From positions 4,421 through 68,420 of the forward strand of contig JAFVYL010000015.1 in NCBI GenBank assembly GCA_017508665.1: a stretch of 64,000 bases of DNA. The letters run 5' to 3'. This DNA comes from Clostridia bacterium. Lineage in GTDB: Bacteria > Bacillota > Clostridia > Oscillospirales > CAG-272. Positions 26,278 through 35,724 of this stretch are shown one piece after another. A model generated the notes under the pieces. The model had not been told where the DNA came from. It saw only the letters and a program-made list of their open reading frames with translations, and did no database searches. Both the position numbers and the translations under genes were made by a program. Within the stretch, counting starts at the first letter, position 1. Each line of letters opens with the position of its first letter.

Positions 26278-27435
26278 TCACTTGTTAATTTTGCTTTTCC
26301 TTGATATAGACAGTATTATTCCCATTTCTGCAAAGATCATTATGAGTGATGATCCTCCGTAGCTGAAGAACGGCAGAGAAATACCGGTATTTGGTATAGT
26401 GTTTGTAACTACGGCAACGTTAAGTAAAACCTGTACCGCTATTTTTATGCATATGCCTAACGCAAGGAGTCTTGAATATGTATCTTCGCTGTTTAGCGCT
26501 ATTATGCAGCCTCTCCATATTAATACTCCAAACAGAAGTAATGCAGATGCCGCGCCGATCAATCCCAATTCCTCGCACAAAATTGCAAAAATCATATCGT
26601 TTGCAGGTTCTGATACGTAACAGTACTTCAATTCACCGCGTCCGAGGCCTTTTCCGAATACTCCTCCAGACCCTATAGCCATAAGTCCTTGTAACGTTTG
26701 CCATCCTCCTGTAAGCTTGTAGCTTTCGGGGTCGAGCCACACCGTGATTCTGTCCTTGGTATAATCCGTAAAGAATGCGATGTACGAAACTCCCGCAATT
26801 CCCGCAAGGCAAAATGCACCGATGTATCTGAGATCAGCTCCCGAGACGACGATCATAAGAAGTCCGATCATACCGAGAATTATTATGCAAGACAAATGAT
26901 GTTGTAGCATAACCGGAATAATAGTGATCGCTATAATCGAGCAAGGGATCAAGGTTCCTCTTATGAGTATGCTTTTCTTATCTTTGCCGATTATATTATC
27001 GCTGTTTGTTGAAAAATACTTTGCCAAGACCATCGTCATAGTCAGCTTGGCTATTTCGGATGGCTGTATTGTTATAGGGCCAATTGATATCCATCTTTGC
27101 GCACCGTTGCCTACAAATCCTATAAGCAGGGTAAGTATGAGCAACAGTAATGTTATAAGATATGCCTTGATCGTGTGTCGCTTCAACACTTCGACGTCTA
27201 TTCTTGAAACGATCAGCATGACTGCAATTCCTACGGCAAGCCAAATGCTCTGTCGCTTTACAAAGTAAAGGCCGTCACCGTATCTGAAAGCTGCATATGC
27301 GTATCCTGCGGAAAAAACCAATACAGTACCGTATATTGCCAGAAATATTACGGTTAATGCGAAGAACATATCATATCTTGCATTCGTAGATTTCAAAAAA
27401 CGGAGAGGCGTGTATTTTGTTTCTGATCTTTTCAT
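26278..27435 (-). CDS. ftsW: SEDS-family peptidoglycan glycosyltransferase FtsW/SpoVE
   Basis: Polytopic protein with QPSEIAKL and the C-terminal LPFFSYGGSS motif. ATG at 27435 overlaps the mraY stop (ATGA). Confidence 0.85.
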   Translation of the reverse strand: MKRSETKYTPLRFLKSTNARYDMFFALTVIFLAIYGTVLVFSAGYAYAAFRYGDGLYFVKRQSIWLAVGIAVMLIVSRIDVEVLKRHTIKAYLITLLLLILTLLIGFVGNGAQRWISIGPITIQPSEIAKLTMTMVLAKYFSTNSDNIIGKDKKSILIRGTLIPCSIIAITIIPVMLQHHLSCIIILGMIGLLMIVVSGADLRYIGAFCLAGIAGVSYIAFFTDYTKDRITVWLDPESYKLTGGWQTLQGLMAIGSGGVFGKGLGRGELKYCYVSEPANDMIFAILCEELGLIGAASALLLFGVLIWRGCIIALNSEDTYSRLLALGICIKIAVQVLLNVAVVTNTIPNTGISLPFFSYGGSSLIMIFAEMGIILSISRKSKINK

Positions 27436-28412
27436 AGGCACAGAAATACGGGAATTGAAAATAGGAGAGTTAATACGATTGCCAGAACACATATTTTGTT
27501 TTCATCCCAGCCGCATTTTTCAAGATGGTGATGAATGGGTGCCATTTTGAAAAGTCGACGTTTAAAGGCCTTGAAGCAGAGAACCTGGAGAATAACGGAT
27601 ACGCCTTCTATGACGTATACGCCACCGCTGATGAGGGCTATCATTGGATTTTTCAGTTCAAAGGCGAGAGAAGCCGCAAGAGAACCGAGGAATAACGATC
27701 CGGTATCACCCATAAATATCTTCGCGGGGTGTATATTGAATATAAGGAATGCCACGGTAGCACCTATAAGGGATGCGCTGATGAAACTCACGGATTCTAC
27801 GCGCATGTAGGAAAAATAAAGCATAGATACTCCGATAGCAAATGCCACTGAGGTCGCTAATCCATCGATACCGTCTGTCAGATTTGCGCAGTTTGTTATA
27901 CCTACAAGTATTATCAGCGATAAGAAGTAGTATATGATTCCAAGATCTATTTCACCAAATCGGGATGAAATAGTAGTGCCTTCGCCGAGAAAAAGCTTTC
28001 TTGAGATAAGAAACGAACTGGATATAACAAACTGAAGTATCAGCTTTGCTCTCGGGGTAAGACCTGCGTTTTTCTTATGCTTCAGCTTGGTTATGTCATC
28101 TATAATTCCCACAGATGCGTTAAGTATAGCATATACAGCACATATAAGCACAGATGTTGAAGCCCGATCATCATTTGCTAATCGTAGGTAGAGAGAAGAT
28201 AGAAACAGTGATATGGAGATCGCTATAAGAAATGAGATCCCTCCCATAGTCGGAGTTCCTGCTTTTGACATATGCCACTTAGGGCCGTCCTCATATATCG
28301 GTTGTTCTGCACGTTTTTTCAAAAACGGAATTACAAGTCTTGCAATCAGTACTGTAGCTGTAAGAGTAAAAAGAAAAACAAAGACGTATAATAGTGAATT
28401 ATTGCTTTTCAT
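27432..28412 (-). CDS. mraY: phospho-N-acetylmuramoyl-pentapeptide transferase
   Basis: KAGTPTMGG, NLTDGIDGLA, FMGDTGSL, HHHLE motifs. Confidence 0.95.
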   Translation of the reverse strand: MKSNNSLLYVFVFLFTLTATVLIARLVIPFLKKRAEQPIYEDGPKWHMSKAGTPTMGGISFLIAISISLFLSSLYLRLANDDRASTSVLICAVYAILNASVGIIDDITKLKHKKNAGLTPRAKLILQFVISSSFLISRKLFLGEGTTISSRFGEIDLGIIYYFLSLIILVGITNCANLTDGIDGLATSVAFAIGVSMLYFSYMRVESVSFISASLIGATVAFLIFNIHPAKIFMGDTGSLFLGSLAASLAFELKNPMIALISGGVYVIEGVSVILQVLCFKAFKRRLFKMAPIHHHLEKCGWDENKICVLAIVLTLLFSIPVFLCL

Positions 28413-29778
28413 TACTGTTCCTTTCTTGACTTTTTATCGTATCTGCTATTTTATCTAGTCTCAGCCTATGGGATGCTTTAAATAAAACAATTTCGTTTTT
28501 GCTGTGATTATTAATTATATGACTTATTGACACCTCAGGAGATTCTAGGCTTTTGTTTATGTATATCTGATTTCTGCTCATTCCGTTTGATATAGCTCCT
28601 CGGGATGTGTGCTCCGCATACTCACCGTACAGATAAAGATGATCTGTTTTTAATTCAGCGGCAAAATGTCCGATATTTTCATGTATGGCTGCAGCATTAT
28701 CTCCAAGTTCAAGTATATCGCCAATAAATGCTCCTGTGGGTTTACCGAAACTGTGAATGTATTTAAGATCTGCTACTACGGATTCAAAAGACGCATTATA
28801 CGAGTCATCAAAGATGGTGAAATCATCCATCTTAATAAATCTTTGACGGAGATTGGAAGATGTAATCGCACCTACGCCTCTTATTATTTCTTCCGGTGAT
28901 AGCATAAGCATATGTGCCGCGGATATTGCTATGGCAAGATCGCATAGTAGGTGCTCGCGTTTATCAAAAAACTCGATGCCTTCGATTTTGCTTTCTATGG
29001 AATTAAACGAATAACTGCCGCCAATATTGTCATCAAGAGAGAAATCCGAGAGGGAAGTATTGCGCCCTACGTATAATCCGCTTTTTATTCCGCTGAGCAA
29101 AGGTTCGCCGTACGGCAGAATGATTCTACCGTTCTTCATACCCTCGCATATTTCAAGTTTTGCTTCGGCTATTCTTTCGCGCGATCCCAAATTACCGATA
29201 TGCGCAGTGCCTATATTGGTTATTATTGCCATATCCGGATTCATTGAACGCGATAACTTTGAGATTTCTCGAATGTGATTCATTCCCATTTCAAGCACGA
29301 GCACCTCGGTATCACGAGGCATTGTCAATACTGTAAGTGGGAGACCTATATGGTTGTTAAAATTTCCGATTGTTGAATGGACACGGTATTTTTCTTTCAG
29401 TATTGACGAGAGAAATTTTACCGTTGTGCTTTTTCCGACGCTGCCTGTCACCGCTACAGTGTATCGAGGAGCGATTGTTTCCTTGTACAGCGTAGCGATC
29501 TTCATAAGTGCTGCGGCTGTATCTTCGGTATAAATAAAATCGTTTCTGCCCGATGAGGATATTACGGCGCATCCTTGCGATAATGCATAGTTTGTATAAT
29601 TCTCACCGCTGTCGGACTTACCGGATAAGGCGATAAACAGATCGCCTCTGTCACATTCTCTTGTGTCCGTGCATATCGAGGAAATTTCGGCAGTAGTGCT
29701 TATGTTATCCGGGAGTTTTGAGTTAAGAACTCTGCATATTTCATTTATCCGCAAAGGTACATCAAGCATTATTTTCAT
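28399..29778 (-). CDS. murF: UDP-N-acetylmuramoyl-tripeptide--D-alanyl-D-alanine ligase
   Basis: VTGSVGKSTT P-loop, Mur ligase layout, and its position between murE and mraY. Confidence 0.9.
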   Translation of the reverse strand: MKIMLDVPLRINEICRVLNSKLPDNISTTAEISSICTDTRECDRGDLFIALSGKSDSGENYTNYALSQGCAVISSSGRNDFIYTEDTAAALMKIATLYKETIAPRYTVAVTGSVGKSTTVKFLSSILKEKYRVHSTIGNFNNHIGLPLTVLTMPRDTEVLVLEMGMNHIREISKLSRSMNPDMAIITNIGTAHIGNLGSRERIAEAKLEICEGMKNGRIILPYGEPLLSGIKSGLYVGRNTSLSDFSLDDNIGGSYSFNSIESKIEGIEFFDKREHLLCDLAIAISAAHMLMLSPEEIIRGVGAITSSNLRQRFIKMDDFTIFDDSYNASFESVVADLKYIHSFGKPTGAFIGDILELGDNAAAIHENIGHFAAELKTDHLYLYGEYAEHTSRGAISNGMSRNQIYINKSLESPEVSISHIINNHSKNEIVLFKASHRLRLDKIADTIKSQERNSNEKQ

Positions 29779-31249
29779 AAGAATCTTCCAATTCGTCTAA
29801 TATGTTTTGAACAATTTTCCGCTCATCAAAAGGAATGTATTCCTTACCTACTATTTTGTATTTTTCATGCCCCTTGCCGATAAGTGCCACAACATCCCCT
29901 GCTCGGGAATTCTTAAAAGCATATCGGATAGCGCTCTCTCGGTCTTGGATAACAACATATCTTGAGGATGACATGCCGCGGGCAATATCTTTGGCAATTG
30001 AATTAAAATCCTCGCCTCTGCAGTTGTCCTCGGTAATGATTATATTATCTGCATATATTTCGGCATATTTACCGAATTCCGGACGTTTGAGCTTATCCCT
30101 TTCGCCACCGCATCCGAACACAACACTTAGTTTCTGCCCCTGTTTAATACTTGATTTTATTGTTTTTAAGCAGTTATAAAATGCAGATGGAGTATGTGCA
30201 TAGTCAATAATTGCGTTGACTGTGCCGGGGATTATTTCCATTCTGCCGTCAATTCTATGTATCGCCTCAAGAGCCTTTTTGGCAATACACGGCTTGATTC
30301 CAAGGTCGATAACACATCTTAGCGCAGCTATGGAATTGTATACGTTAAATGCCCCTGTAAGATGCGAATTAACTTTAAAGATCAGATTCTTTTCTCTATA
30401 GTAAAAGGTGCTTTTATATAATTCCAGGTCTATTTCTGTAGCATAGGCATCGCCGGGATATATGATACCGAACGTGGATATTTTACAAGGAACAAGCTCG
30501 GCTGCCTTTCTCGAGTAGCAGTCATCCAAATTGAATAATCCAAGCTTGCAATTATCAAACATACGTAGCTTGGTTTTAAAGTAGTCCTCTTTGTTGCCGT
30601 GGAAATCCAAGTGGTCGTTGTCTAAATTTGTGAAAATACCATACTCGAATTTAATAGGCGCTATTTTGCCGAGCGCAATGCTGTGGCTTGATACCTCCAT
30701 TACAGCATATTCGCAACCGTCTTTTGATATTTGCGCAAGGGCAGGATAGAGAGTTGTAGGATCTGGGGTGGTCATAGAGTAATTAATGCCGTTTAAGGAT
30801 TTCGAGCCGGAAATTATTTTTCCTGTACCAATAAATCCGGTCTTGTAACCGCATTCCTTTAAAATACTATATATGAGTGTGGCAGTTGTAGTTTTACCGT
30901 TTGTACCGGTAACTCCGATGATCTTCATTTTACTGTAGTTGATATTGTAGTAATTGGAGAGCGCGTATGACAAAGCGGATCGGGCGTTGTCAACCAAGAT
31001 CTTCTTACATTGACAGAAGTTCACCTGAGTATTCGTTGAAGCTACAATAGCGGCGGGCTCTGTTTTAAGGACTCTGCAGTCGAATTCAGTGATATCATCT
31101 CCCACTTTTTCCGTGAGGAACAAAAGAGAGTGTTCATTCACTTCACCCGGTGAAACACATATATTGAAAATCCTTTCTTGCGATATCTCAGGAGGTATGG
31201 TTACGTTACCGTATCCCCTAAATAAATCGCAAACTCTCAACTCATTCAT
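29762..31249 (-). CDS. murE: UDP-N-acetylmuramoyl-L-alanyl-D-glutamate--2,6-diaminopimelate (or L-lysine) ligase
   Basis: VTGTNGKTTT P-loop, and DNCR at the DNPR specificity position. Overlaps murF by 17 nt. Confidence 0.9.
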   Translation of the reverse strand: MNELRVCDLFRGYGNVTIPPEISQERIFNICVSPGEVNEHSLLFLTEKVGDDITEFDCRVLKTEPAAIVASTNTQVNFCQCKKILVDNARSALSYALSNYYNINYSKMKIIGVTGTNGKTTTATLIYSILKECGYKTGFIGTGKIISGSKSLNGINYSMTTPDPTTLYPALAQISKDGCEYAVMEVSSHSIALGKIAPIKFEYGIFTNLDNDHLDFHGNKEDYFKTKLRMFDNCKLGLFNLDDCYSRKAAELVPCKISTFGIIYPGDAYATEIDLELYKSTFYYREKNLIFKVNSHLTGAFNVYNSIAALRCVIDLGIKPCIAKKALEAIHRIDGRMEIIPGTVNAIIDYAHTPSAFYNCLKTIKSSIKQGQKLSVVFGCGGERDKLKRPEFGKYAEIYADNIIITEDNCRGEDFNSIAKDIARGMSSSRYVVIQDRESAIRYAFKNSRAGDVVALIGKGHEKYKIVGKEYIPFDERKIVQNILDELEDSYENNA

Positions 31250-31257
31250 AGCGCCTC

Positions 31258-33510
31258 CTAATCTTCGAAATCTGTGCCTAACACTGTTAGTGTGACGATC
31301 TCGCCTTTTTTAATTTTAGCTCCAAGTGGAATACTTTGAGAGATAACTGTTAGTGTTGTGCATTTATTTGACATTCCACCGTCAATTCTTATATTCAGTC
31401 CGAGGTTGGTTAACATTATATTCGCATCCTTGATATTCATTCCCGCTACCGACGGCATTATGACATACTCCTCATCACGGCGCTCGGTATAAAGATATAC
31501 CGTCGACGCTGATTTTGTAACAGTAACTCCTGCGGTCGGGATTTGGCTTATCACTCTTTCTCCGTTTCCTATCAGAACGTAACTAATAGAATTGTCCTTC
31601 AGATTTTCAATTACGGACTTGATATCTGCGCCTACGTAGTTTCCAAGTGTATGTTCGTTGCTTTCGAGAGTAGAGTTGAATTCGAGATAGGGTAGCGTTA
31701 CCTTCAAAAGGTTTGAAATGTACGGAGCAGCAACGACAGAACCGTATTTTACCTGGCTTTGAGGTTCATCAACCACTATTATTACGGCAATACCGCGTCC
31801 GTCCGACGGTGCATATGCTACGGTAGATCCTATTCTGAGATATGAGTTGCCGTTTTCATCAAGTACATCGAATTTTTGGGAAGTTCCTGTTTTTGCCGCA
31901 ACCATATATCCGTCCACGTATGCGTTCTTAGCTCCTCCGTCACCGCTTACACCTTTTTCAAGAACGTCAGAAACGGTTTTGGCTACCTCTGATGATATTA
32001 CCTGCCTTTTGACGATTGGCTGATGCTTTGATATAACGTTTCCGTTTTTATCAACTATCTTATCCACAACGTATGGCTGGACGAGATATCCATTGTTTGC
32101 TACAGCGGCTATTGCGGTCAGCTGATTGATTATTGAAACCTTGAATCGCTGTCCGAATGATGCGGTCGCGAGCTCTGTTGAGCCAATGTTTTCAGGCTTG
32201 TGGAAAATTGTACCCGCTTCACTCGGAAGATCTATCCCGGTTTTTTCAAAATATCCGAACTTCTCAACGTAAGAATAAAAGTTGGATGCACCGATTCGTT
32301 CTGCAAGCATCATCATAGTAGGATTGCAGGACATTTGCAGTCCGTATGAAAGAGGGAAGCCATGTCCGTGTCCTGTTGTTTTATGACATTTTATCCTCCA
32401 TCCTCCAACGGTATGATATCCGTTGCACGAGAAGGTGTCTGTCATTTTTGCCACTCCAAGGTCAAGTGCTGTGGATACTGTTACTATTTTGAATGTTGAA
32501 CCGGGTTCGTAGGTTTCACTTATCGCTTTGTTGGACCACATTATTTGCATAAGCTCGTTTTTATAGGCCTTGTATTCAGGACTGCCTTCTTTTAACCCGC
32601 TGTTTTTTAGCTTTGTCATAGATTCTTCATCTAATGTGAAGGGGTCATTTGGGTTAAAAGGAGATGATGTAGCCATAGCCAATATTGCTCCGGTAGCGGT
32701 GTCCATAACTATACCTGTTACTCGGTTTTGTACGGAATGATTGACTCTGATTAGTTCCAACTGACTTTCGAGTTCCTTTTGCACGAATGAATCAATTGTG
32801 GTAATAATGCTGTATCCGTCTTCGGCAGGACACACGCCACTGTAGTCGCCCGGCATTGAATTACCCGCCGCATCCTTAGCATAAGTGTAATATCCGTCTT
32901 TTCCTGCAAGAGTAGTATTGTATGAGTATTCAAGGCCGTAGAGTCCCTGATTGTCACTACCTGTAAATCCAAGTACGTGAGCGGCTAAGGTTTCTTGCGG
33001 ATAATATCTTGAACTCTGCGCTTCGGTTAAAACAAGATTTTCAAGATTATTTTCCTTAATAAAAGTTATTACTGCGTTATATTCATCTTCATTTGCCGAT
33101 TTCAGTATAGTTTCATCGAGCAGGTTGCTGTTTTTGATTTTATTGTAAGTATTATCCCTGTTGATCGGGATCACCTTTGATAATCCGGTAGCGATAATAT
33201 CAGCATAATCTATCCGATCAGCCTTGCTCCTTTTTTTAATTTCTCTCGTGGATACAAAAATTCGCCAAGAGGTCTTCGTCGTTGCCATAAGATTCATATT
33301 GGCGTCATAAATGTTTCCTCGCTCAGCCTTAAGTAAGGAAGTGGTTGTTATCTGATCAAATGCCTTGGCTTTATAGTGCTCATACAGTATGTAGTCTAGC
33401 TTGAATACGTTAAAGAGGAGAAATACTGCCGATAGGGCAAAGGATAACATTATTACCCACGCCCTGCGCTGAGTTTTGTGTTTGTTTAATGTAAGATCAC
33501 TTTTTACCAT
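31258..33510 (-). CDS. class B penicillin-binding protein (FtsI/PBP2B/SpoVD-like) with two C-terminal PASTA domains
   Basis: N-terminal TM anchor. Motifs SxxK (STFK), SxN (SCN) and KTG (KTGTS), then two PASTA-like repeats at the C-terminus. Confidence 0.9.
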   Translation of the reverse strand: MVKSDLTLNKHKTQRRAWVIMLSFALSAVFLLFNVFKLDYILYEHYKAKAFDQITTTSLLKAERGNIYDANMNLMATTKTSWRIFVSTREIKKRSKADRIDYADIIATGLSKVIPINRDNTYNKIKNSNLLDETILKSANEDEYNAVITFIKENNLENLVLTEAQSSRYYPQETLAAHVLGFTGSDNQGLYGLEYSYNTTLAGKDGYYTYAKDAAGNSMPGDYSGVCPAEDGYSIITTIDSFVQKELESQLELIRVNHSVQNRVTGIVMDTATGAILAMATSSPFNPNDPFTLDEESMTKLKNSGLKEGSPEYKAYKNELMQIMWSNKAISETYEPGSTFKIVTVSTALDLGVAKMTDTFSCNGYHTVGGWRIKCHKTTGHGHGFPLSYGLQMSCNPTMMMLAERIGASNFYSYVEKFGYFEKTGIDLPSEAGTIFHKPENIGSTELATASFGQRFKVSIINQLTAIAAVANNGYLVQPYVVDKIVDKNGNVISKHQPIVKRQVISSEVAKTVSDVLEKGVSGDGGAKNAYVDGYMVAAKTGTSQKFDVLDENGNSYLRIGSTVAYAPSDGRGIAVIIVVDEPQSQVKYGSVVAAPYISNLLKVTLPYLEFNSTLESNEHTLGNYVGADIKSVIENLKDNSISYVLIGNGERVISQIPTAGVTVTKSASTVYLYTERRDEEYVIMPSVAGMNIKDANIMLTNLGLNIRIDGGMSNKCTTLTVISQSIPLGAKIKKGEIVTLTVLGTDFED

Positions 33511-33520
33511 CGCATTACCT

Positions 33521-33561
33521 TAAAATAAAAATATAGCGATAACCGCATTGGCTATCGCTAT
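33521..33561 (-). terminator. terminator-like hairpin inside the dcw cluster, just upstream of the PBP RBS
   Basis: Minus strand reads atagcgata-gccaatgcggt-tatcgctat followed by atttttatttt. Confidence 0.4.
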
Positions 33562-33596
33562 ATAATATGCACGTGATATTAAGTTAATGTTGAAAA

Positions 33597-34046
33597 TTAA
33601 TTATCTTCTGTAAGAGTGCTGTATTCTACCGTTTCAGTATCTTCGTTTGTGAAGTTTTCGGAGTAAGACGTGTTTTCAGCGGTAAATGAGGAGTTGCTTA
33701 AATTTTTTGCGCCTGTAAGCGAGAAAATACCGCAGGAGAGAAGAAGAGCGCAAGCCGCAGTAGCTGATAAGAGTGCAGATGCAGAGGTGCGTAAAGGGAA
33801 TCTTTTGATAGTCTTATCCTTTGCGGGTGCGTTCTTTACGGTAAGCTTATCATTTACATACTCTACAATTGTTGCAATCGATGTATTTCTTGCACCTGCA
33901 GCTATAGGAAGGGAAGAGTCGGACTTCTTGTTAGCCTTCATACGCATAAAATCACCAACGGTGCATTCTGTGCTATTATATATAACTGTGAACTGGTTTT
34001 TAAGATTAGTGTACAAAGCATCGTACTGATTTATGGTTGAAGTCAT
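33597..34046 (-). CDS. single-pass membrane protein in the FtsL slot (atypical)
   Basis: 149 aa: about 95 aa cytoplasmic, one TM (ALLSATAACALLLSCGIFSL), then a short Asn/Ser/Thr/Glu-rich tail. It lies between rsmH and the PBP gene. Confidence 0.6.
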   Translation of the reverse strand: MTSTINQYDALYTNLKNQFTVIYNSTECTVGDFMRMKANKKSDSSLPIAAGARNTSIATIVEYVNDKLTVKNAPAKDKTIKRFPLRTSASALLSATAACALLLSCGIFSLTGAKNLSNSSFTAENTSYSENFTNEDTETVEYSTLTEDN

Positions 34047-34064
34047 TTTTTTAAATCTCCTTGT

Positions 34065-35009
34065 TTAATATTTTTCCGCTACTCTAAGCTTTGCGCTTCT
34101 TGAACGCGGATTTACTGTAAGTTCTTCCTCGGAGGGAAGAATTGGCTTTTTCGTTATTTCTTTAATGGAAGGTTTGTTTCCGCAAACGCAGATAGGAAAA
34201 TCGCTAGGACAGGTACATCCTCTTGATAATTCCTTATATGTTTGTTTAACCAATCTGTCTTCAAGAGAGTGGAATGATATGATGGCGATCCTTCCGCCGG
34301 AAACCAGATTTGCCGACGCAGCCTTTATTACCGGTGTTATGGCATCCAGCTCGGCATTAACTTCTATTCTTATCGCCTGGAATGTTCTTTTTGCAGGGTG
34401 AGGTCCGTCGATTCTTGAGGCTGCGGGTATCGCACCCTTAATTATATCAGAGAGCTCTTTTGTGGTCTCTATAGGCTTGTCCGCTCTTGCTTTGCATATA
34501 GCGGAAGCGATTCTCGGAGCGAATCTTTCCTCACCGTAATCGTAAATAATTCTTTTGAGATCGTTTTCCGAATATTGGTTAACGATATTGTAAGCGGATA
34601 GCGGTGCATCGGTGTCCATACGCATATCAAGAGGAGCATCGTGCATATAGCTGAATCCACGCTCGGGTACATCAAATTGATGAGAACTGCATCCAAGATC
34701 TGCAAGTACTCCGCCGAGATTATCTATATTCATTTCGCGAAGCACGCTGCCAAGGGAAGAAAAGTTATCGTTTACAAAGGTGACCCTGTCAAGATAGTCC
34801 TTTAATCTTTCGCTTGCCGCGGCGATCGCATTTTTATCTCTGTCGAAGCAAATGAGTCTGGAATTAGGCCCCATTCGCTTTGCTATTTCAAGGGAGTGTC
34901 CGCCGCCGCCTGCTGTACAGTCAACGTAGGTGAAGCCGTCTCTTATGTTCAAGGCCTCTATACATTCAAAAAGGAGAACGGATGTGTGTGAAAATTTAAT
35001 GTCAGACAT
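34065..35009 (-). CDS. rsmH: 16S rRNA (cytosine1402-N4)-methyltransferase
   Basis: HTSVLLFECIEAL, DCTAGGGGHS, ISFHSLEDR. Confidence 0.95.
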   Translation of the reverse strand: MSDIKFSHTSVLLFECIEALNIRDGFTYVDCTAGGGGHSLEIAKRMGPNSRLICFDRDKNAIAAASERLKDYLDRVTFVNDNFSSLGSVLREMNIDNLGGVLADLGCSSHQFDVPERGFSYMHDAPLDMRMDTDAPLSAYNIVNQYSENDLKRIIYDYGEERFAPRIASAICKARADKPIETTKELSDIIKGAIPAASRIDGPHPAKRTFQAIRIEVNAELDAITPVIKAASANLVSGGRIAIISFHSLEDRLVKQTYKELSRGCTCPSDFPICVCGNKPSIKEITKKPILPSEEELTVNPRSRSAKLRVAEKY

Positions 35010-35033
35010 AGTCCTTTGTCCTTCCCAATGTAA

Positions 35034-35456
35034 TTACAGACCGTATTGATACATAGTCTCGCGTATTCTCTCGAGATCTCTGTTCTTCTCGCGCTCATTC
35101 CAAATTTCTTCGGACCATATTCTGATTTGACGGCCACCGCCAACGAACACGATGTTTTTGTTTATCTGTGCATGCTCTGCGAGTCTGTCATCAAGAATTA
35201 TTCTTCCGTTAGAATCGGGAACACATTTTTGCGCGATACCAAGAAGGAACTCTTGCACCTCAAGAGCAACGGTTTCGGGCAGCTGTTGGATCTTATCAAC
35301 GTAAATTTCCCAATCCTCAGCTGTATATATAGAGAGGTAAGTGTCAAACTTTCTCGTTATATAAAACTCTTCACCGAGCTCTTCTCGGAACTTTGCAGGT
35401 ATGAATACGCGCTTTTTCGCGTCGAGTGAATGCTTGAATGAACCGACGAACGACAT
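35034..35456 (-). CDS. mraZ: transcriptional regulator MraZ
   Basis: MSFVGSFKHSLDAKKRVFIPAKFR and a second DxxGR repeat (DSNGRIIL). ATG at 35456 follows GAAAGGAGAG. Confidence 0.92.
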   Translation of the reverse strand: MSFVGSFKHSLDAKKRVFIPAKFREELGEEFYITRKFDTYLSIYTAEDWEIYVDKIQQLPETVALEVQEFLLGIAQKCVPDSNGRIILDDRLAEHAQINKNIVFVGGGRQIRIWSEEIWNEREKNRDLERIRETMYQYGL

Positions 35457-35514
35457 CTTATCTCTCCTTTCATTAAAATTGCAATCAAATGTGGGAATAA
35501 CATGGGAAAATACA

Positions 35515-35540
35515 TCACTTTCCACCACTTTGCCCCACCT
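35515..35540 (-). promoter_or_regulatory. three direct AA(A/G)GTG repeats at 10-nt period (candidate MraZ operator)
   Basis: Plus strand has CACTTT at 35515-35520, CACTTT at 35525-35530 and CACCTT at 35535-35540. On the minus strand these read AAGGTG, AAAGTG, AAAGTG, directly downstream of the -10. Confidence 0.55.
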
Positions 35541-35547
35541 TGATACT

Positions 35548-35576
35548 ATTATAATACTTTTATTCTAAAAATGCAA
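35548..35576 (-). promoter_or_regulatory. dcw/mraZ promoter (TTGCAT-17-TATAAT)
   Basis: Minus strand has TTGCAT at 35576-35571, a 17-nt spacer, and TATAAT at 35553-35548. Confidence 0.55.
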
Positions 35577-35724
35577 TAGTTTTTTGAAAAAAAGTTGAAA
35601 AAAATTACATTTTTAAAAAAGTACCGTAAATTTCCGAAAAGCTATTCCATTATCGGAGATTTTATGGTAAAATATATGCAGAAAGTTACCATATTCACGG
35701 TTTTCAACACGGATGTAGCAAGAG

